Source: Octopus sinensis (lineage: Eukaryota). Taken from it: a stretch of 64,000 nucleotides of DNA. A program made the translations under genes and the position numbers. The stretch spans positions 8,989,360 to 9,053,359 of the forward strand of contig NC_043019.1 in NCBI RefSeq assembly GCF_006345805.1, read 5' to 3'. Below are positions 36,311 through 49,562 of the stretch, piece after piece. Numbering within the stretch: the first letter of the stretch is position 1; each line of letters begins with the position of its first letter. The notes under the pieces are model-generated. The model was not told the origin of the DNA, made no database searches, and saw nothing but the letters and a program-made list of their open reading frames with translations.

Positions 36311-38224
36311 AATCTCACCAGAATGTACTTAATGACCTTGTACAAATGACATTTCATAAGCAACTGACCAGCATAATCATCGATATCCGCTGAAAAACAA
36401 TGCAGGACTGATGGCTCACACTTTTTCATGAGAACAAGTCTAGTATAGTTGCAATTTAAAAAAGATCGTTTGGCTGTCATTTTATAGAAGATACAGCGAA
36501 ACACTAACATGAAATGGATTATAGATATGAGCCAATGAATTATTAAAAACATGACGCTTCTGTTAAATAAATAATTATGATAAATGTTATTATTTTAGCC
36601 AACAAGTTTTTTAAAAGTATATTAATATACATTCATCGATTTTTAATACACTCTATGTAATATACAAGTTAAATATGTACTAAGAAAACTTGAGATAATA
36701 TTTTCCAGACAAAAAATAAAATACTGCACAGCGAGTACCTTTAAAATGGTTTCTTCTTGTGGTTCATTTTTGTAAACTCAACGTCCTTAGGAGTATCATT
36801 TCAGAAATATTCACAGACACAAAACACGTAGCCGTGCTTAAACAATATATATATAGAAAGAAAGAGAGAGATGCATATATATTATATATTTATATTTATA
36901 CCTATATAGTACAAATAAATATTTCTTATGAAATATAATATATATTAAGTCGACCGGTTTCGCATATGCTAACGATGACTAAGTTGTTAGTGGTAATGAT
37001 ATAATGTCATGCAGTGGGGATAAGCGTTCATTCCATGTCAGTAGGGAAACGAGCAGTTTTGTACCTGATTTCATGTACTTCATGCTTTGTATATTCTCAA
37101 TAGTCAAGTATTATTAAAATACTGGAGACATTTTGAAGATATATTACAGGCTGTGTTTGTATGTGTGTGCATAGTCGTGAGGTAAGCATCCACATGTGCA
37201 CATACATTTATACACATTTATATAGAATTGGTTGTGTGTGTGCTATATACAGCTCCTGAATTATTCCAAAATTTCAATATATGAAAGTTTAGTTAAATGT
37301 TTAACTTAACGAGAATATTTATGGCTTGTCTGTAAAATAAAAACATGGAACCTTCTCGATTAGTATTTCGAAAGTTACATTGATTTTATTATGAATTAAT
37401 GCCTTACTTTCCAGATTTCGGAAGACTAGTTTGTATATCTTAATTATTTGTTTAAACAAATAATATTTATTTATGATTTTTAGAGTTATGTTTATTCCAA
37501 TAAAACTTCGATATATTAATATATTTAATGGCAGAAACAATAAGTGTGCTAATTCATTATGATATTGCTGTTTTTGCTGTTGTTGTTCTGATTGTAACAC
37601 CGAGACATTTCTGCCTGGGTAAGACATGACCCAAAGTGTGACATCAATGAAATTCTTGTTTTGGTTTCCCCTTTTAACTGTGCATAACATCTACTACTTT
37701 GTCGTATGGAACAGGGCATGAAATCAAAACAAATATCGTTATAAATATTAGCGATTAAAATGTTAGATCAACAAAAACAAAAAAAAAACACGGAATCACG
37801 TGAACAGAAGCTGTGATTTTTCGACCCAAAGAGGTCTTCGACCCAAAACTTATTCGCCATTATTTTTAGCTTTATTTACTTCGAAATCCACCGATCCCAA
37901 AAGGTATTCTTTCACGTTCTCTCGAAGTTTATAAATTCTTATGAAGTCATAAAATATCATGATGTTTTTTTTTGTTTTTTTTTTTGCAAGTGTTAGAATG
38001 GAAGTTTGGGTTCGACGATATCCCTGCTAGCTCCACAAGATGCTCTCACTGTGAAGGAAGGAAATCTTTTTTAATGGATCTATTCGCCTTTGGTTAATAA
38101 GCTGCTGCTTATTACAAATTAGAAAAGTCAAAATACCTCGTAGGTATTTGAAATTTCTAAACATTATCGTTCCTAATAATTCATTGCGAATTTATCATCA
38201 CGCCTGGAGAAGAAGGGATTTATG

Positions 38225-38264
<40 letters not shown>

Positions 38265-38612
38265 ATATATATATACTAATATATATATATATATATATAT
38301 AATTATATATATATATAATATATAATATGTATATATATCTATATGTATATATATATATATATATATATAGTATATATATATATATATATATAATAGATAC
38401 ACATGCGCACACGCACACATATGTATAATATCTAATATATATATATATATACAAATATATATATACATGTACATAGATATATATATTATATGTACGTATA
38501 TCTATATATACATATATCTCTACATTATACACACATATATATATATATATATATATCTGTACATCTATATATATATATGTGGTGTGTGTATGTATATATG
38601 AATATATAAATC

Positions 38613-38672
<60 letters not shown>

Positions 38673-38707
38673 CATGAGCATAAATAGGCGGACAGACAAG
38701 CAGACAG

Positions 38708-38741
<34 letters not shown>

Positions 38742-39277
38742 GTATATATATACACAAACCCATACACACACATACGTGAATTTATATATATTATAGGTTT
38801 AGGTATGTGTACGTGTGTATGTGCGTTGATATTTGTGTATATATTTCTCCAGTCTGTATAAACCGTGCCCATGTATACACAAGCGTGTTTATGTGAACGT
38901 ATTTCCTTATTTGGTTTCATCACCCATTTTCCTACGTCTCCTACCCCCCCCCCCGACGATATGTTTTTCTTTCATTAAAATGCGAGGGAAAAAAAAAACA
39001 CTTCAATTTTTCTGTTGTATACTTTGTATATTCAATTATAAGATTTTTCGCCAGCATTTTTTTCTGCTATCTCTATCTCGTTTCGAAGCAAGACATGATG
39101 TAATTTAATGTTTAAAATATTCATTTAATAAATATGGTACATATTCACAGTGGCTATAACTACCATATTTGCTGGTTATATAGACATCGGTGTATATGTG
39201 TATCTATGTGTGTACATGTGTGTACATGTGTGCATGTATGCAGATCTATATTCATACACATAATACTTCAATATATA

Positions 39278-39492
39278 TACTATGGGCTGCGAAAAAGTTG
39301 CTGGATTTGTGTTAAAAAAATACACAGGAACCATTTAACTATGATTTTGTTCAACATGTTCCCCTCTCAGATTCCTACATATGTTGCAGTGGCCCTTTAG
39401 TTCTTCTCAGTTCTGTGAAACAACTCGGAAATTGGTCCTCCAGCCAGGTTTTTCAGGATACCCTTAAACCCAGGATCTTTTCAGCATTCCTT
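39278..39492 (-). mobile_element. Mariner 3'-end relic (transposase C-terminus plus TIR-like end)
   Basis: Minus-strand translation WLEDQFPSCFTEL / LKGHCNICRNLRGEHVEQ resembles the mariner C-terminus L..RW.KC....G.YVE; plus-strand TAC.ATGGGCTGCGAAAAAGTT is TIR-like. Confidence 0.6.
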
Positions 39493-39578
39493 CGTATAGA
39501 TATATATACATGTATACATATATACACTTATACGTGCAATCTCGCTCTCTTTCGCTCTCTTAATCTATATATGTATGT

Positions 39579-39609
<31 letters not shown>

Positions 39610-39644
39610 GATAGATATATATATATATAGATAGATAGATAGAT

Positions 39645-39703
<59 letters not shown>

Positions 39704-40249
39704 TATTAGAATAGATATACGTATGTATACAAATATATATATATATATATATGTATACATATATATATGTATATATATACATATATTTCATATACATATA
39801 TATATATATGTATATATATATACATAATTGTATAAGTATAATACGTACTTGCATACAAAATTACATTGGTGCTTACCTGCATGTAAGTACCTGGGTATAT
39901 TCGGGTAATACTTATGTATGTGGGAGGGTGAATACGCGTGCGGGCGCGCTTGTGTACCTTTTACGTAACTCTGAGTTTCTATGTGAGTGTTTGTGCGTGT
40001 GTATATGTGCGTTTGTGTATGTGTGCGTGTTTGTATGTATGTGTGTGTGCTTGTGTATGTGTGTGTGAATGTGTGTGTGTGTATGTGTGTGCGTGTGTGC
40101 GTGTGTAATCCTTTTCCCTCGAGATTCGACTCAGCTCAAATTCATGTCAGTTCCCAGCTTTCTCGCCACCAATATTTTGCTTACTTAAATAGAAATTGTA
40201 TGTCTTCAGCGACAATGGAACCCTACATCTGCTACTACTACAACTACTA

Positions 40250-40443
40250 TTGCTGTACTACTACTACTACTATACTACTACTACTACTACTACTACCTAA
40301 TATACTAATACTACTACTAATAATAATACTAATAATAATAGTCTAATAATAATAATAATTAATGATATAATAATAATAAATAATAATAATAATTGATAAT
40401 AATTAAATAATAATATAATAGAATAATAATAATAATAATGATA

Positions 40444-40474
<31 letters not shown>

Positions 40475-40612
40475 TAAAATAATAATAATAATAATATAAT
40501 AATAATAATAATAATAATAAATTAATGATAATAATGATAATACAATAAATTAAATTAATAAAATAATAATAATAATAATGATAATATGATAATGATAATA
40601 ATAATAATAATG

Positions 40613-40658
<46 letters not shown>

Positions 40659-40687
40659 AATAATGATAATGATAATAATAATAATAA

Positions 40688-40722
<35 letters not shown>

Positions 40723-40764
40723 TAATAATAATAAAATAATAATATAATAATAATAATAATGATA

Positions 40765-40795
<31 letters not shown>

Positions 40796-40814
40796 TAAAA
40801 TAATAATAATAATG

Positions 40815-40854
<40 letters not shown>

Positions 40855-40900
40855 TAATAATAATAATGATAATAATAATAATAATGATAATAATAATAAT
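40250..40900. repeat. (ACT)n then long imperfect (AAT/GAT)n array
   Basis: Direct reading. Confidence 0.95.
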
Positions 40901-41715
40901 AAGACCACCACCAGCGGCACTGCTGCTGCTGCTGCCACTGCTGATGATTTTGCTGTTGACGTTGGAATATAATTTTCTTCTAATCCGGTGCATTTATTCA
41001 GGCGAGGAAGGGCGACCCTTCACCATGTCTTTCCTTGTGACCTCCATTACTAATGGTTGAAAAAGAAGGACGTTGTGTGTAAGCACGACTCGTGCTCGAA
41101 AGCTTCGCAACGATGTGGACGCCGCTAAGTTTAGCCAAGTGTCAATAGGTGGCTTTCGTTTGGCCGGCGTATTAAGCCTGTTATCAGCCAAGATCAGGAA
41201 TTTTCTATTCTCCGGTTGTTCAACGGATATCATATTCCATGACGGAAACGACGATGAAATACTAATTATCGATCTAGAAGTATAAATGATAATGCAAAAG
41301 TGTGAGGAGATGGAATGAACAGCATAAGAATTACACAGAGCAAGCTGTTAAATTAAAGGCATTATGGCAATAGATGACAATCGTCCTATTTGTGAAAAGC
41401 TCAGCTCAAGTAATACAACCATTTCTGTACAATTGTAGACATAGGCATCTTCTAGAATGCAAAAACATGTTGACCTGTAAACATTTGTTGCACAATTTTG
41501 CTTTGTAGGAATTGTCAATAATACGGATTCGGGTATGGTATGCGGGTACGGATCATGGAAGAGTACGCGCGCTGTTATTTTATTTAAGTGATTTGTTGAA
41601 ATACTATACTGTCTGGGTTGTGTTAATCTATTGGGTCATAATGTTATTTAAGGTTCTATTTAGGGTGTAGGGGGTGCACTGATTCATTTATACTAATTTC
41701 TCTTTCTCTTTCTCT

Positions 41716-42122
41716 TTTTCCTCTTTTACTTGTTTCAGTCATTTGACTGCGGCCATGCTGGATCACCGCCTTTTAGTCGAGCAAATCGACCCCGGGACTT
41801 ATTCTTTGTAAGCCCAGTACTTATTCTATCGGTCTCTTTTGCCGAACCGCTAAGTGACGGGGACGTAAACACACCAGCATCGGTTGTCAAACAATGCTAG
41901 GGGGACAAACACAGACACACAAACATACACACACACATATATATATATATACATATATACGACGGGCTTCTTTCAGTTTCCGTCTACCAAATTCACTCAC
42001 AAGGCTTTGGTTGGCCCGAGGCTATAGCAGAAGACACTTGCCCAAGATGCCATGCAGTGGGACTGAACCCGGAACCATGTGGTTGGTTAGCAAGCTACTT
42101 ACCACACAGCCACTCCTGCGCC
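41716..42122 (-). mobile_element. Full-length SINE family A, low divergence
   Basis: Reverse complement is collinear with 17469-17870. Confidence 0.9.
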
Positions 42123-42713
42123 TATAACGAACTAATGATTTAAAAGATAACTGTGTAGGCCCTGGCATGTTTTGCATTCTTTTTCTTATAATTTAACGTA
42201 AATAGAGGTATAATTATTATTGGTATTGTTTTCATTTTTACACCCAGCATTCTGACACAGAAAACTCGACATTTCAGTGAAGAATCTCAGGGAACAAAAT
42301 AGACCGGATACGGGTGGAAGCTCAGTTTGGTACAACCGTAACAAAACTGAGGCATCAGTGGTTAAAACAACATCTCTACCGAAACTGTGAGGAGGCTGCG
42401 CTTTGGGGCTCTTTTTTCTTTTTTATGAACACCCGCCAGAATAAAAGAAAAAGAAAAATAGAAAATGCAAAGGGTAGATAAACGTAAGGGTACCAATGGC
42501 AATCCAGACCTATTCATGTCAACCTTGATTTTACTCCAGACCAAATCGATGAAATAGAATTTCATTCAAATACTAGGATGATATGATTAACTGTTTCTGG
42601 CCTCGGGCTAATGTTTGAAACTATTCCATCTATATTGTTGTTACTGATGATGATAATGATGATGCTGCTGTTGTTCATATTGTTGTTGTTAAATTATTAT
42701 TATTATTATTATC

Positions 42714-42748
<35 letters not shown>

Positions 42749-42802
42749 CAGCAGCAGCAGCAGTTCAGGTTTTCACTGCCACAGCGTGACACCTTCAGCT
42801 AA

Positions 42803-43118
42803 TGTCTTCTACTATAGACACGGGCCGACCAGACCCTCATGAGAAGACGGAAACTGAAAGAAGCCCGTCGTATATGTGTGCGTGTCTGTATGTGCGCGCG
42901 CGTGTGTGTGTGTGTCTTTGCATCTGTGTTTCTATCCTACAACCGTTTGTCAACCGACGTTGGTTTGTTTATATTCCCGCAAGTTAGTGGCTCGACAAAT
43001 GAGATTGATAGAATACTTACCAAACTTTTAAAATGTACTGGGGTCGATTCATTCGACAAGAAAATCCTCAAATGTGGTGCCCCAGCATGGCCGCTGTCTA
43101 ATAGCTGAAACAAATGAA
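42803..43118 (+). mobile_element. SINE family A, diverged and lacking head
   Basis: GACGGAAACTGAAAGAAGCCCGTCG...CAACCGACG..GGT...GGGTCGATTCATTCGAC...CCAGCATGGCCGC. Confidence 0.8.
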
Positions 43119-43250
43119 ACGTAATATTTAATGCAACCTTAACCATTGGAATCGATGTCTCTGTCTCCTTCTCATCACCTCCCGTTACCAATCGCAAGTT
43201 GACCCTAAACTGGAAGAGGGGACACTGTCGGGTTCTTCACTGCGAGGTAG

Positions 43251-43261
43251 ATGACTCAGCA
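43251..43261 (+). promoter_or_regulatory. Exact CNC-sMaf (Nrf2-type ARE)/AP-1 motif
   Basis: ATGACTCAGCA at 43251-43261; motif match only. Confidence 0.3.
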
Positions 43262-44887
43262 ACCCTGAATCCGTGAGTTGTAGAACGCAGAATGTGCTGT
43301 TGTGGTTGTGAACAGTTTTACCATTTCTGTTTTTGTTTTTGTAATGTTTCACTGATGAGCAAACCGATGCTTCGCGTTTGTCTTTTTTTTCTCCTTAGAT
43401 ATGCAGTCACGTTAAAAAAAAAACCCAACTGCATCAGTAAATAGCATCATCTCAGAAAGCGTTTAACGAAACTCTCTGATATACAAGCTTTATATATAAA
43501 ACTGCGATGAATTCCCCTTTTTGGTGCTCTTCGTACATGTTTATGTTATCTGTCACCACACATTGAATATGATTCACGGAAGTGCGTGTATAAAGCAGAG
43601 CTAAAGCGGAGCGACAGAGTGTCGAGGGGGGAGAGATATGTGCACATTACACGCGAATTTAGGTATGTGTATTGATAAATATGTTAACAAATATCCACTT
43701 GTGTAAAATATTTTCCGGAATTTATGCGATTTGAAAGAATTTTTAAAATGAAACGACTAAACTAAAATATAATATATTAATAAAAATCCTGACAGATAAC
43801 GATATAAATAAACGCTTCTAGGAATTCGTTTTCTAAAAGCTGTTTAGTAATAACAATGTACTTTTGCCGCTAAAAGTTGCTGACTGCTCTTGAAAGACTT
43901 GATCGTTATCTACGCTTTTGATGTTGTTTGACATTGTAATTATGCCAAGCGCTGTTATGCTTGTCCTTGAAAGTGCATCACACAGTTATCATGGGTAAAT
44001 ATTTCGGGCTTGAGATATGAAAATATCATCAATCTTTTTGCAGAAAGATATTGCGTACTTAGAACTATGCGACTAACACAAACTTTGAGAATCTAACATA
44101 ATTAGAAACATATAAATGCATACGAGTAGGGGATAGTCATCATTTGCAAAACTACACGTGGTTAATCGCTATTTGAAACTACTTTCTCCCTGTTCGCGGA
44201 TGAATACACTGAGTCTAACCACATTTACAAAACGAAAGAGAACAAAACATTTCTTAAAACTGCACTGCAAATTAGTCCCTCTCAATTAATGTTTATTAAA
44301 ACAATAAAAACAAAACGCAAACAGTAATTAAAATGATAAACACACTTGTGATTGTTCCACTGTTTGCACAGCACGAGGCTCCACTTTAAAGTACTTAAGT
44401 ACGGCCTCAATATATGCGCCTAATAACGATCGTATAATGATACGTACATTAACTATTGTGCGTAAGATATAATCTTTCCTGTCTCCTTTAAACTGCGTCT
44501 CATTCTTTCCCTTTCTTTTCAGGTCATTCAGCATTTCTGTCTGGTTTTTGTTCCTGATTGAGACAACCACGAAGCACAAACAACGCGGCAGAAGCACGAC
44601 TCTTCTTGGATGACGCTTATTACAATGTTCTTCTGAGCTCGCTCTTCATTTTTGCCTGTTGGAAAGTGGATGACCATTAAAGTCTGTCTCTTCATTCGCA
44701 GTTCCTCCTCTGTCCGGAGTTAACCAATATGAATTATCTTTTAATGTTTTTTTTTAATAAAGGATTCCCTAATGTAGCTGGTAATGGTGTATTTGTTAAT
44801 TTGTAAGTTAAATTGTGATCATCCGAGACTATTCCTTTCATTTACACATCGAAAAAAAGGAAATAAGAAAAGAACAAGAATAATAAT

Positions 44888-45040
44888 GGCTTCAAATTGT
44901 TGCACAAGGCCAGCAATTTCAGGTGAGGGAGAAGTTAATTACATCAACCTCAGTGTTAAACTGCTATTTATTTTATCAACCGCGAAAAGATGAAAGGCAA
45001 AGCCGACCTTGGCAGAATTTGAAATGAGAATGTAAAGACG
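44888..45040 (-). mobile_element. SINE family B, partial
   Basis: Homology to other family B copies. Confidence 0.8.
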
Positions 45041-45072
45041 AATGTAAAGAAGGCTCCCTGCCTTCCATGATG

Positions 45073-45144
<72 letters not shown>

Positions 45145-45326
45145 TTAGAAACAATGGCGCTGCTCTTATAAATATTATTGCAAGTTATCTCTCCGGGTGT
45201 TTCTTCGCTATTATTGTAGTAAGAATACATTTATGAAACCAAGTCCCCAGAGAGATGGACGCATATTAATATATCATAGTTGAACATATGGATTTGCATC
45301 TACTACTACTGCTACTACTACTGCTG

Positions 45327-45363
<37 letters not shown>

Positions 45364-45364
45364 A

Positions 45365-45399
<35 letters not shown>

Positions 45400-46118
45400 G
45401 ACTGGAGCTGGTGCTTCTGTGCTGGGCCTTTGAATATCAGTTAGACAAACAAAGCCGCTACCCTATTCCCAGTTGTATTAATCAGATGAGAATTAAGTAG
45501 ACCGAACGTGGTGTGGCAGAAACAAGCAGATGAGACACAGACACACACTCAAACATCTACATACACACACACACACACACTCATGCATGCGCTCAAATGC
45601 ATACATGCAAACACACCCAGGCACGTGCAGCAACAGCATACGCTTAAGCGCAGTCCTACAAACGCTCGCAACAAACGCACGAGAACAAGATGGAATATGC
45701 TAAAAATAGCAGCCAAATTTTTCCCAATTCATACCGCAGCGACAGGATTCAAAATTGTATGACATACTTGATACAGTATTTGTATAAAAATATGAAACGA
45801 TGGAATTGTCATGGTTAGAACGCTGTTAGAACGTGTCTAATGTGTAAGTGTTCACCTAACACAAAACAACCACACTTTTCGTACAAAAATGAAGCCTCAA
45901 TGTCTTCGTACAATCTGCTAAAAATGTCTTTCCGTCAAATGAATAATCTATTAGCGATGAGGTTGGCCTAATTAACAGCAACAGCCACATGAAAAATACA
46001 ACACTAAGATGTATATAACAAAACGGAAGAGAGAAATAATGCGTAAAACAAATGTGTATAAAATATGTGCTTATTTAATCCTGTGTTACTACAAAGACGA
46101 AATATACGGTAAAAGGTG

Positions 46119-46152
46119 CTCGACGTTTCGCACAGTAATCCATCGTCAAGAA
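46119..46152 (-). ncRNA. Decayed minimal hammerhead motif (C3U)
   Basis: Minus strand UUC-UUGACGA-U-GGAUUACUGUGC-GAAA-CG-UC-GAG: ACGU palindrome, GUC triplet, 3-bp stem I, damaged stem II. Confidence 0.45.
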
Positions 46153-46680
46153 AGAAACAACGCTGTATTGCATATTTTCTGATTAACCTCAACTTGAATT
46201 ATGATGGATCGGTGATTGTTTAAAATGTCATCACTTTATGACATTTTGAAAAAGCTGCATGAAAAGTGGTGCTTTCTCTGATGAGCTTCGAGTCTTTTCT
46301 TTTCTTGCTTCTATTTATTTCGATAATTTCATCTCTAGAATTTTCCATTTTGTCAAATATATTTCTTTTTTTGATTATCACAAAACGTTTATCAATTTAT
46401 TCTGTCAAGAATGATCACAATTCAAATATTTTTTTATACAATTTTATAAGATTATTCTGATTTCAAATGCTTTCGCCGTGTTCTATTGAAACACAGAAAA
46501 AAGTACATCGTTGTCTTGATTGTCATCTTTATTTAGATAGGGTAGGAAAACTCTTTTATTAATATTGTATTTTTAACTTTTTCCCCTCACTCTTGTGAAA
46601 TATTGAAATGTCAAAATGTAGCGTGATTGTGTCTTTCTTATATAAAGATATATAAAAACACACGCGTACAGACAAATACA

Positions 46681-46727
<47 letters not shown>

Positions 46728-47249
46728 GCATATATATGTATATATATATATACATGCATATATATGTATATATATATGTATATATATATATACATGCATA
46801 TATATATATGTGGGGGCATATATATACACACATATTTATGTATTATATAAGTATGTATATATATATGTATATACATATATACACACACATGTATATATAT
46901 ACGCATGTCTATATATCTACATACATATATATATATTTATATATACACATATATATATATGTGTGTGTGTGCGCGCGCGTATATACATAGTTACACACGC
47001 ATATTAATAAATATCATACATTTGTACAATTGTTGTAAAAGATCGGAATTTTCTGAAAGATTCCTTTGAGAAAATAGTGATATATTGCAAACCTTGTACG
47101 ATTCTACACTATTTATAAAAATTTTAAAAATCTACATAAAACTTTTTTCTTGTATGACGTCCATTTTTCTCTCTGGCACCTACTTTCACATTTTTTCGAA
47201 AAGCTATAAATTAATTGGAATTTCATATATATATATATATATATATATA

Positions 47250-47620
47250 CATCGTGGCACTCCGTCGGTTACGACGACGTGCGTTCCAGATGATCCGTTC
47301 AACGGAACAACTTGCTCGTGAAATTAACGTACAAATGGTTGAGCATACCACAGACATTAACGTAGTTCTCGGGGAGATTCAGCGTGACACAGAGTGTGAC
47401 AAGGCTGGCCCCTTTGAAATACAGGTACAACAGAAACAGGACGAAAGGGTAAGAGAAAGTCGTGGTGAAAGAGTACAGCAGGGTTCTCCACAACCCCGCT
47501 GCCGGAGCCTCGTGGAGTTTTTGATGTTTTCTCTCAATAAATATTTACAACGCCTGGTCTGGCAGTCGCGATCCTACGGCCGCCAATCCGCTGCCCTAAC
47601 CACTGAGCCATTGCGCCTTC
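47250..47620 (-). mobile_element. tRNA-derived SINE, family D
   Basis: Reverse complement begins GAAGGCGCAATGGCTCAGTGGTTAGGGCAGCGG (A box), followed by a body unrelated to families A-C. Confidence 0.8.
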
Positions 47621-47734
47621 ACATAAACACATCTTTTCGTTATTGTTTTCCTTTTTGCATTTACAAATAAAATTGATAAATCAGCAATTAGGCATTCTTT
47701 TCTGAATTTTGGGGTATAATTATTTTCTAGTTTT

Positions 47735-47990
47735 CTTGCAAAGTGCGGCAGTAATTTTTTGCCTGGAGTCCAGTCTGCAGTGGAATCAGAAAGGGTCTCA
47801 GATTGGGACATGACATTTCTCAACCGCAAAAGAAAACCAAATATCAGGATTTGGTCGAGGTGACACCAGTCAATGGATGGCACGCAGTATCATTCACTAT
47901 TGTAGTCAGCTGCCGCAGATTTTCATCTAGAATGATGAGCTCTTTCGTACAGAAAATTGGTCTGGAACACAGACGAGGACCGCAAGTGTT
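47735..47990 (+). mobile_element. HERO-like (RLE-type non-LTR) endonuclease C-terminal relic
   Basis: ..VSDWDMTF / QKKTKYQDLVEVTPVNGWHAVSFTIVVSCRRFSSRMMSSFVQKIGL resembles RKKxKYQDLVEEC..NGW....P.EVGCRGF of HERO-type elements. Confidence 0.55.
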
Positions 47991-49384
47991 TGTTTGACAT
48001 CCAGTGTGCAATGAAATCTGAAGGATTTCCCTGCACGTTAGATATCAAAGGAACAATTAGCGTCACACTTTGCAACAAACGTACTTGAAGTGGATATGGT
48101 TTACAAGGAACAGCACAAGGAACCCTTCTGCAGGCAAATACTAGAACAAATCTCGCTGCCCCATACAGGCGAGGAGTACAATACAAGGAGCTAAAAGCTT
48201 GTGACACTAAGAAACGTGCTAATAATAATTTCGGGATCGTTCCCGATATTGCGAGAGATACAGAAGAGTTCGCAATGCATCTGAAATCTTCTGAAATTTC
48301 TTCGTGAGAAAAAAGTAACTCTGGTGTGTAATTCACCTAAAAATCATAAAATACACACGTTCATACACACACGCACACACACACAGGCACACACACTCAC
48401 ACATGTGCATCAATATCCTCAGATGTTGCTGTTTATGTACATATAAAAACAAAAGATCAACACGTCCAGGAGGGGAAATTTGAAGGGGTCGGACTGAATA
48501 CTAGAAATAGCAGTCATATTTTACGGGAAGCACTCGCCACTACAATTTGCAATAAGAAATATTTCCGATAATGTAAAACCTGTAACATTATTTTTGTGGT
48601 GTTGGTCACGGTCATTTTTGCAATGTTGGTCAGTGGTGTTGATCACGGCTGCAGTGATACTTATGACCAACAACTATGACAACCACAACAGCGACAACAA
48701 GAACAAAAACAACAACAAAAAAAAAACGATGATAGTGATGACAGTACCAACAGCAAAGGATGGTGGAAGTGAATATTAATGATGTGAAAAATATGTGAAT
48801 TTAGCAACGTTTTTTTTCGAAAATTTCTATACACAAAAATATACGGGCTGAGGAATTAAATATGGCTGACGTTGGGAAAAAGATGAAGAAAAACAAAAAT
48901 AAAATTAAATTAAGATCTCTATGTGTATTGTATGGAGAGTAGTTTGTCAGAATAAAAAAAAGCGAATAGAGAACTTCAGAGTAACAAAGGGATTTCGTTG
49001 AAAGATGATGTATTAAACGACAGAAGAAGAAAAAACTCTTATCTTTGTTACGCAAGATGAAGGAATAAGAACTAAAATGGTTAAAGCAAATATCGATTCA
49101 TAAAAAAGAAATCGTAAATAAGGAGCGTGCATTGGATATTTGGCAGAGAAGATGAAAGTGCCAATCATCTGCATGTTTAAATATTACATAATGGAGAATA
49201 GGAAAGATGGCGTCGTTGGTTAGGAGTCCCCCATGAACAAATTACTGGTTCTCAGCAGTTCTGTCGGTGAAAATGAAAAGGGAGTGTCTTTAACTCGGTA
49301 TAAAACAGATATTTACATATGTCACCAATATATTATAGCAAAACGCACAAGCACACAAACTGACATACACATATGCATACATTC

Positions 49385-49562
<178 letters not shown>

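Noticed and set aside
36949-36968. Minus-strand GC-GAAA-CCGG-UC with an ACCGGU palindrome
   Set aside because: Only the 3' half of a hammerhead; no recognisable CUGANGA strand.
41509-41532. 24-nt AG...GT frame-preserving microexon candidate
   Set aside because: Donor is mediocre; expected by chance in AT-rich DNA of this length.
43349-43380. CTGATGAGCA-AACCGA-TGC followed by TTCGCGTT
   Set aside because: GAAA is absent, so it cannot be called a hammerhead.
47923-48336. 137-aa minus-strand ORF preceded by an acceptor-like TTTTTAG
   Set aside because: No recognisable domain; lies antisense to a probable retrotransposon relic.
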